A stretch of 64,000 nucleotides of DNA from contig CAVPOM010000018.1 of the NCBI GenBank assembly GCA_963707025.1, positions 480,001 through 544,000 of the forward strand. The letters run 5' to 3'. The translations under genes and the position numbers were made by a program. Shown one piece after another: positions 58,154-64,000 of the stretch. This DNA is from an uncultured Verrucomicrobiae bacterium (GTDB taxonomy: Bacteria > Verrucomicrobiota > Verrucomicrobiia > Limisphaerales > Palsa-1400). The notes beneath the pieces are model-generated. The model had not been told where the DNA came from and searched no databases. It saw only the letters and a program-made list of their open reading frames with translations. Within the stretch, counting starts at the first letter, position 1, and every line of letters starts with the position of its first letter.

Positions 58154-60385
58154 TCACGCGTCGTGCAGGCTGCGCAGTTCCACGTTGGTGCGGCGCAGGC
58201 GCCCGGCCAGTGCCGCCGCCATCCGGCCCAGGACCGTTTCGTTGAGAAGCGGGCGCTCCTTGCAGATCTCATCAAAGCTGCTCCTCCGCAGCACAAACAA
58301 ATCGGTTGGGGCGGTGGCGACGGCATTGGCGGACCGGGCGCGGGCATCCAGGAACCCCATCTCTCCAAAAAAGTTGCCGCGCCCAAAATAGGCCAGCGTA
58401 CGATGCCGGCCTTCGCCCACGGGCAATTCAATGCGCGCCTCGCCCCGGCGCACCAGGAACAACTCGTCCCCGCGATCGCCGCTTTGAAATATCGTCCCCC
58501 CTGCCGCCACGGAACGCTCCGCGGCGCAGGTCCGAATCGCGGCCAGGTTCTGCGGCGGCTCGATGCCGCGGAACAGTTCGATTTCCGCCAGCTCCAGCGG
58601 CCGCTGCGCGTTTTCATCTTGCAGCAGATGATGTTCCTCCAGCAGGCGGTCCTCGGCCCAGCCCATCGCCTCATCCAATTCGGCAAACACCTTCACGTTG
58701 TCCTGCCGGTCCGTCACGCCGACCTTGTGCAGATAAGCCTGCAAACTCCGCCCCTCCGGCAGCGTCGCGGGCATGTGGCTGAACAGAATGAACGCCCCCC
58801 GCTCCCGCAGCAGCGCCTCGATCAGCTCCAGCATGTGCGCCGCGGTGAAATCAACCGACAGCACCCGCCGCATGTCCAGGATGACAAAGCGGCACCGCTT
58901 CAGGTCGGCCTCCAGTTCCACGTAGAGCTTGTCCGCCGTGCCGAAAAACAGCGTCCCTTGCAGTTCGCAAATGACCGTCTCCCCGCCATATCTTTCCAGC
59001 GCCTGCGACTCGGCGGGCAGGCGGTTTTTCTTGGACGATATTTCGTTGCCGTAAATCTTGCGGTGCAGCACCGGACTGCGAATCTGGTCCCGCAGGAAGA
59101 TGATCACGGCCAGGGCCAGCCCCGTGCCCGAGGCGGCAATCAGGCTGAAGCGCGCGGCGGTGATGATGACCGCCCAGATCACCACAAAGTCAAGCAGCGT
59201 GCTGCGGTTGCGCAGCAGTTGGAAGCTCGTCCAGTCGAACATTTTGCACGCCACCACCATCAGCACCCCGGCCAGCGCCGCCAGCGGAAGCCAGCCCACC
59301 AGATGGCCGAACAAGACAAACGCCAGCAGCACAAAGCAACCCTCGAACAGGCCGGAACGCTTCGTCTGCCCGCCGCTGTTCAGGTTGACAATCGTCGCCC
59401 CCATCATGCCCGACCCGGGCATGCCGCCGGTCAAGGCCGAAGCCACGTTCCCGATCCCCTGCCCGGTGAGCGTGCGGTTGGAATCGTGGCGCGCCCGCGT
59501 CAGCGTATCCACCACCACGCACGTCTTGAGCGTGTCAATCGAAAGCAAGGCGGACAGCGTGAGGGCTGGAACCAGCAGCAGCTTCCAATCAGAAGGGGCG
59601 ATCGCGCCCAGGCTTTTCCACTGCTCCACCCAATGCGGCCAGAAGGCGCCCAGCCCGCCGCCGACCGGCCCCAGCACCAGTGGGTTGCCCGATTGGCGCA
59701 GCATTTCCGGAAAGCCCAGGCCGAGTCCAAAGTAGGCGAGCATTCCCGCCCCCAATCCCAACACCGGCGCCGGAACGGCCTTGGTCAGCTTGGGCGCGGC
59801 CAAAATCCCGGCGACCGTGGTCAACCCCACGGCGATGGCCTGCCACCTCCAATGCGCCGGCGTGGAGAGTCCCGCCAGCCAGCCGGTGCTGGCCGAAAAG
59901 CCCAGGAAACTCGGAATCTGACTGGCAAAAATCAGCGCCCCAACCCCGCTCAAATAGCCGGAGACCACCGGATAGGGAATAAACTTGATCAACTTGCCGC
60001 CGCCAATCGCTCCGTAGAAAAACTGCAGCGCCCCGGATGCCAGCGCCAGCACCGTCATCAGCGCCGCCACCCGCGCCGCCGGCATCGCTTCCCCGCCCCC
60101 GTGCCCGGCCATCATCTCGGCGGCAAAGGCCGACAAGACCGCGGCGGCCGGTCCGCAGGGCGCGGAAATCAAGCGGGGGGAGCCGCCCAGGGGCGAGGAA
60201 AGCAGCCCGGTGGCGATGGCGCCGAAGATGCCCGCCAGCACGCCATGGGAAAGGTAATCCTGGCCCAGCGCGGCATAAGTGGCCACTCCGAAGGCAATGG
60301 AAGAGGGCAGCACCACCAGCATCGCGGCAAAGCCGCCCCACAAATCGCGGGCCATCGGCCTGGAAACTTGGGTCGGCGGGTCCAC
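58154..60385 (-). CDS. SulP/SLC26 anion transporter with STAS and cNMP-binding domains
   Basis: IKFIPYPVVSG, GQGIGN, GTLFFGT, FFGEMG..RSANA. Confidence 0.92.
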   Translation of the reverse strand: MDPPTQVSRPMARDLWGGFAAMLVVLPSSIAFGVATYAALGQDYLSHGVLAGIFGAIATGLLSSPLGGSPRLISAPCGPAAAVLSAFAAEMMAGHGGGEAMPAARVAALMTVLALASGALQFFYGAIGGGKLIKFIPYPVVSGYLSGVGALIFASQIPSFLGFSASTGWLAGLSTPAHWRWQAIAVGLTTVAGILAAPKLTKAVPAPVLGLGAGMLAYFGLGLGFPEMLRQSGNPLVLGPVGGGLGAFWPHWVEQWKSLGAIAPSDWKLLLVPALTLSALLSIDTLKTCVVVDTLTRARHDSNRTLTGQGIGNVASALTGGMPGSGMMGATIVNLNSGGQTKRSGLFEGCFVLLAFVLFGHLVGWLPLAALAGVLMVVACKMFDWTSFQLLRNRSTLLDFVVIWAVIITAARFSLIAASGTGLALAVIIFLRDQIRSPVLHRKIYGNEISSKKNRLPAESQALERYGGETVICELQGTLFFGTADKLYVELEADLKRCRFVILDMRRVLSVDFTAAHMLELIEALLRERGAFILFSHMPATLPEGRSLQAYLHKVGVTDRQDNVKVFAELDEAMGWAEDRLLEEHHLLQDENAQRPLELAEIELFRGIEPPQNLAAIRTCAAERSVAAGGTIFQSGDRGDELFLVRRGEARIELPVGEGRHRTLAYFGRGNFFGEMGFLDARARSANAVATAPTDLFVLRRSSFDEICKERPLLNETVLGRMAAALAGRLRRTNVELRSLHDA

Positions 60386-60388
60386 CTC

Positions 60389-61876
60389 TCAGAGCAATCG
60401 CTCCAGCGCTTCGCACAGGGTCTTCAAAATCTGCACCCGGGCGAAATGTTTGTCGTTGCCGGCCACCACCGTCCACGGCGCGAATTCCGTGCTGGTGTGG
60501 GCCACCATCTCGTTGATGCTTTGCTTGTAGGCCTCCCATTTCTTGCGGTTGCGCCAGTCTTCGTCGGTGATTTTGTAGCGCTTGAACTCAATGTCCTGGC
60601 GTTCCTGGAAGCGGCGCAATTGTTCCGCCTTGCTGATGTGGACCCAGAATTTGGCCACGGCCATGTCCCGGTCGGCCAGTTGCTCCTCAAAATCGTTGAT
60701 CTCCAAGTAGGCCCGTTTCCACTCGTGCTCGCCGGCAAATTTCTCCACCCGCTCCACCAGCACCCGCCCGTACCACGATCGGTCAAAGATGGCCACCATG
60801 CCGGCCTGGGGAAGATGCCGCCAGAACCGCCACAGATAATGGTGGGCCCGTTCCTCATCGGTCGGCGCGGCGATGGGGATGATGCGGTAGAGCCGCGGAT
60901 CAATCGCCTCGGTCACCCGCCGGATGGCGCTGCCCTTGCCGGCCGCGTCCCAGCCTTCAAAGACGGCCACCGTAGAAATCTTCTTGATATGCGCCTCCCA
61001 CGTCAGCCGCGTCAGCCGCCCCTGGTACTTCTTCAATTCCTCCCCATACCGCCGGCCGGTCAGCTTTTGCGTCAGGTCCACATGGTCCAGGATGGTCTCG
61101 CCGGATTTGGCCCGCGCCCGCGGCGGCGGCGGCCCGGCCGCGGCCGCCCGGCCCTGGCCCGCCCCGCCATCCTTGAGGCGGGTTTGCAGCGCCTCCAGCA
61201 GGATCCGCCCGGCGGTCAATTCGCGGTAACGCCGGTCATTGGCCTCGATCAGGTGCCAGGGGCAGGGCGCCGAATCGGTGCGGCGGATGACCCGCTCGCT
61301 GGTCTTGATAAACCGCTCATAGAGTTTGAGATTGCGGCGATCGGCCGGCCGCACCCGATGCCGGGTATGGGGATCGCGCTGCAGATTCTTCAGCCGCCGC
61401 GCCTGCTCCTTCTTGCTCAGATGAAACCAGAACTTGACGATCAGCGCCCCATCCTCCGCCAGCATCTTCTCAAAGAAGGCAATGCGGTCCAGCTCCCCGT
61501 CCAATTCGCTGGCTTTGATCTCCCGGTAAACCCGCCCCACCATCGGCTCCGAATACCACGATCCAAAAAAAATCCCGATCCGGCCGCGCGCGGGCAAGGC
61601 GCGCCAAAACCGCCAGAACCGGGGCCGGGCCTGTTCCTCGTCCGTGCTTTGCGAGAAGGCGTGCGTATCCACCCCGCGCGGATCCAGCCACTCATTGAGA
61701 CGATGGACAAACTCCCCTTTGCCGGCGCAGTCCGCGCCGGAGACAATAACAATGACCGGGATTTTCCGGCCTTTCAGGGCAAACTGCGCCTCCAGCAGCG
61801 CCGACCGCATTCCCGGCACGGCTTCGTCGAATTCCTGTCTTGAGACGGTGCGCCCCAATTCAGCAACTTCAAACAT
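60389..61876 (-). CDS. pap: Polyphosphate:AMP phosphotransferase (double PPK2 domain)
   Basis: GADCAGKG and EGWDAAGKG P-loops, DPR, FDRSWYGRVLVERVE. Confidence 0.92.
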   Translation of the reverse strand: MFEVAELGRTVSRQEFDEAVPGMRSALLEAQFALKGRKIPVIVIVSGADCAGKGEFVHRLNEWLDPRGVDTHAFSQSTDEEQARPRFWRFWRALPARGRIGIFFGSWYSEPMVGRVYREIKASELDGELDRIAFFEKMLAEDGALIVKFWFHLSKKEQARRLKNLQRDPHTRHRVRPADRRNLKLYERFIKTSERVIRRTDSAPCPWHLIEANDRRYRELTAGRILLEALQTRLKDGGAGQGRAAAAGPPPPRARAKSGETILDHVDLTQKLTGRRYGEELKKYQGRLTRLTWEAHIKKISTVAVFEGWDAAGKGSAIRRVTEAIDPRLYRIIPIAAPTDEERAHHYLWRFWRHLPQAGMVAIFDRSWYGRVLVERVEKFAGEHEWKRAYLEINDFEEQLADRDMAVAKFWVHISKAEQLRRFQERQDIEFKRYKITDEDWRNRKKWEAYKQSINEMVAHTSTEFAPWTVVAGNDKHFARVQILKTLCEALERLL

Positions 61877-62085
61877 AGTGCCGCCGATCTTAACCAGTAA
61901 ACCCGGACCACCGCCACAACTTTTCCCGGCCTTCCTCAGGCGGGGCGCATCCCAGTTTGTGGCACGGTCGCGGCGCGGCGCCTGACGCGGAAAGTTTGAC
62001 GACGTGCGAGCCTGAGAGAAGAATCCGCCCCCCGCTTCCAATTGGCTGGCGCGATGGCCCATTTTGGGTTATTCTTTGTCATCGC

Positions 62086-62871
62086 ATGAAAAAAATAATA
62101 GTCAGAATTGTCATCGGCCTGGTGGTTCTTTTCATCGCCGCCCTCCTGCTGGTGGGCCTTTTGCTCGACGGCATTGTGAAACGCGGCGTTGAAACGATCG
62201 GCCCCAAACTCACCAAGGTGGACGTCACATTGCACAAAGTCGGACTGTCGCTCTTTTCCGGTTCGGGCAAGATTGAGGGCCTGGTCGTGGGCAACCCGGA
62301 AGGCTTCACCACGCCGCAAGCCATCAGCGTGGGCAGCGCCAGCCTCTCCCTTTCACCCGGATCGCTGCTTTCGGACAAGATTGTCATCAAATATATCAAG
62401 GTGGAAGCGCCGGAAATCACCCTGGAATCCGGCCTCGGCGGATCAAATTTGAAAAAAATCCTCGCCAACTTGAACGAATCCACCGCCGCTGGCGGCAACG
62501 ACGCCAGCGCCGCCGCCAAACCGAAGGAAACCGGGCCAGGCCGGAAACTGGAAGTGGATGATTTCCTCCTCACTGGCGCCAAACTGCATTTCAGCCTCAC
62601 CGGCGTCGGCAGCGCGACCGTGCCGCTGCCGGACATTCATCTGACCGGCCTCGGCCAGGGAGACGCCGGCATCACGAGCGCAGAACTCACCAAACGAGTT
62701 CTGGCCGCCATCGAAAAGGCTGCCGCCAAAACCGCCGCGGACAGCGCGGGCTCCATCGCCAAAGGCGCGGCCAACGCCGTCAAAGGATTAACGGGCGGGA
62801 CCAACAATCCCATTGGCGGCGCCGCCAGCAAACTCGGCAAGGGCCTGGGCGATCTGCTCAAGAAAGAGTAA
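62086..62871 (+). CDS. AsmA-like protein
   Basis: N-terminal TM, VGNPEGF, SNLKKIL, LPDIHL. Confidence 0.7.
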   Translation: MKKIIVRIVIGLVVLFIAALLLVGLLLDGIVKRGVETIGPKLTKVDVTLHKVGLSLFSGSGKIEGLVVGNPEGFTTPQAISVGSASLSLSPGSLLSDKIVIKYIKVEAPEITLESGLGGSNLKKILANLNESTAAGGNDASAAAKPKETGPGRKLEVDDFLLTGAKLHFSLTGVGSATVPLPDIHLTGLGQGDAGITSAELTKRVLAAIEKAAAKTAADSAGSIAKGAANAVKGLTGGTNNPIGGAASKLGKGLGDLLKKE

Positions 62872-62893
62872 CCGGCTGACTTTGGCTTCGGCG

Positions 62894-63250
62894 GTTTCGA
62901 GGCGGCGCATTTCACATTTTTGGGTTTTCTTTCTTAATCGTAATCTTAATCTTGCTCTTAATCCGAATGCGGCAGGGCGATGCGATTAAGATTAAGATTA
63001 AGAGCATGATTAAGACGGGAAGCCAAAAATCTGTAATGCGCCCGGTTCGAGGGGCGCATCTTGACCCTGCTACCGCCTTCAGGCGCAAGAAGGCCACAGG
63101 AGTGCGGCCGTCCCCGGGCGCAGCAGCGTGGGAATCACGGCGCGGCGGTGATTTCCCTGAGCACCCAAACAATCCCTGGCTTGCTGCGGCCGGGGACGGC
63201 CGCACTCCGCCGGCAGCAGTGTCAAGACGCGGCCCGTTTCGAGGCGGCGC
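62894..63250. repeat. Composite intergenic repeat: two long hairpin elements bracketed by 14-15 bp direct repeats
   Basis: TTAATC/GATTAA hexamer palindrome 62932-63015; GGAGTGCGGCCGTCCCCGG/CCGGGGACGGCCGCACTCC 63099-63208; GTTTCGAGGCGGCGC at both ends. Confidence 0.8.
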
Positions 63251-63325
63251 GCGGTTTGTGCTTGACTTGAAGGCGCACACCGGGCCAATGTCCAGGCCGC
63301 ATCCAACAATCCACCCACCACCGCC

Positions 63326-64000
63326 ATGACCGACTCCACGGCTCCCTCCCATCGCTGGGCCTTCTTTCGCGCCGGCGGCTTCGACCAGGTACGGCTCGAG
63401 TCCGCCGCCGATCTGATGAACCTGGATCAGCTCGACCAAAAACTGTGGGTCGCCCTGGCTTGCCCCATTGCCGGGCTGGACTTCGATCCCAAGACCGCCG
63501 CCCTCATTGACACCGACCACGATGGCCGCATCCGCGCCCCCGAACTCATCGCCGCCGTGCAATGGGCCGGCCGCGCTCTCAAAAATCCGGACACCCTCAT
63601 CCAAGGGGGCGACGCGCTCAGCCTCAACGACATCAACGACGCCGCCGACCACGGCAAACAAATCCTCGCCTCCGCCCGGCGTATTCTGGCCCATCTCGGC
63701 CAGCCTGCCGGCCCGTCCGTCACCCTGGCGCAGGCCATGGACGCCAACAGCGTCTTTGCCTGCGCGCTCTTCAACGGCAACGGCGTCATCCTGCCGCAGT
63801 GCGCCGACGATCCGGCCATTGCGGCCGTCATCAGCGAAATCGCCGATTGCATGGGCGCGGTCATTGATCGTTCCGGCAAACCGGGCGTTGACCAGGAGCG
63901 GGCGGACAAATTCTTCGAGGCCTGCGCCGCCTTCGACGCCTGGGTCAAACAGGCGGAGGCGAACGCTCCCTCGGTTCTGCCCGCCGGCGCGCAGACCGCC
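63326..64000 (+). CDS. Hypothetical protein with an EF-hand-like loop, runs off the window
   Basis: MTDSTAPSHRWAFFRAGGFDQV..LDQKLWVALACP..DTDHDGRIRAPE; absent from the ORF track because no stop falls inside the window. Confidence 0.8.
   Translation, partial: MTDSTAPSHRWAFFRAGGFDQVRLESAADLMNLDQLDQKLWVALACPIAGLDFDPKTAALIDTDHDGRIRAPELIAAVQWAGRALKNPDTLIQGGDALSLNDINDAADHGKQILASARRILAHLGQPAGPSVTLAQAMDANSVFACALFNGNGVILPQCADDPAIAAVISEIADCMGAVIDRSGKPGVDQERADKFFEACAAFDAWVKQAEANAPSVLPAGAQTA

Noticed and set aside
57956..61843. 1295-aa plus-strand ORF
   Set aside because: Antisense shadow of the SulP and pap genes in high-GC DNA; no recognisable motifs.
62894..63250. CRISPR array
   Set aside because: Repeats are only 14-15 bp, the intervening segments are long self-complementary elements, and no cas genes are present.

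Overview
High-GC bacterial window, most likely Verrucomicrobiota (inferred from gene content and intergenic palindrome families). (1) 1-26.7 kb: one minus-strand exopolysaccharide (EPS) cluster headed by a NusG/RfaH-type antiterminator. It encodes a priming sugar transferase, a WbpB/D/E-like amino-sugar triad, a degenerate Wzc, a nucleotide-sugar dehydrogenase, GT2/GT4 transferases, a Wzy-like protein, two MBOAT acyltransferases, deacetylases, two FemAB-like GNATs and an AsnB-like amide ligase. (2) 27.3-44.9 kb: housekeeping and regulatory genes (ilvN-ilvC behind a Leu/Val leader-peptide attenuator, aroE, hybrid kinase, frameshifted HDOD gene, rnc, ECF sigma/anti-sigma, infA). (3) 44.9-57 kb: a MoxR-DUF58-BatA/VWA operon ending in a tetraheme cytochrome lipoprotein and a thioredoxin. 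(4) 57-64 kb: vapBC-like toxin-antitoxin pair, SulP-cNMP transporter, pap (PPK2), AsmA-like protein. Best candidate for a new system: an atypical tRNA-Gly(UCC) at 9930-10004 inside the EPS operon, between a FemAB-like GNAT and a Cys1-less AsnB-like gene. It keeps the GlyRS identity elements but lacks the D-loop GG and has a bulged T-stem. This suggests a dedicated non-ribosomal Gly-tRNA donor for glycylating the polysaccharide. All family calls come from motif recognition by eye; no searches were run.
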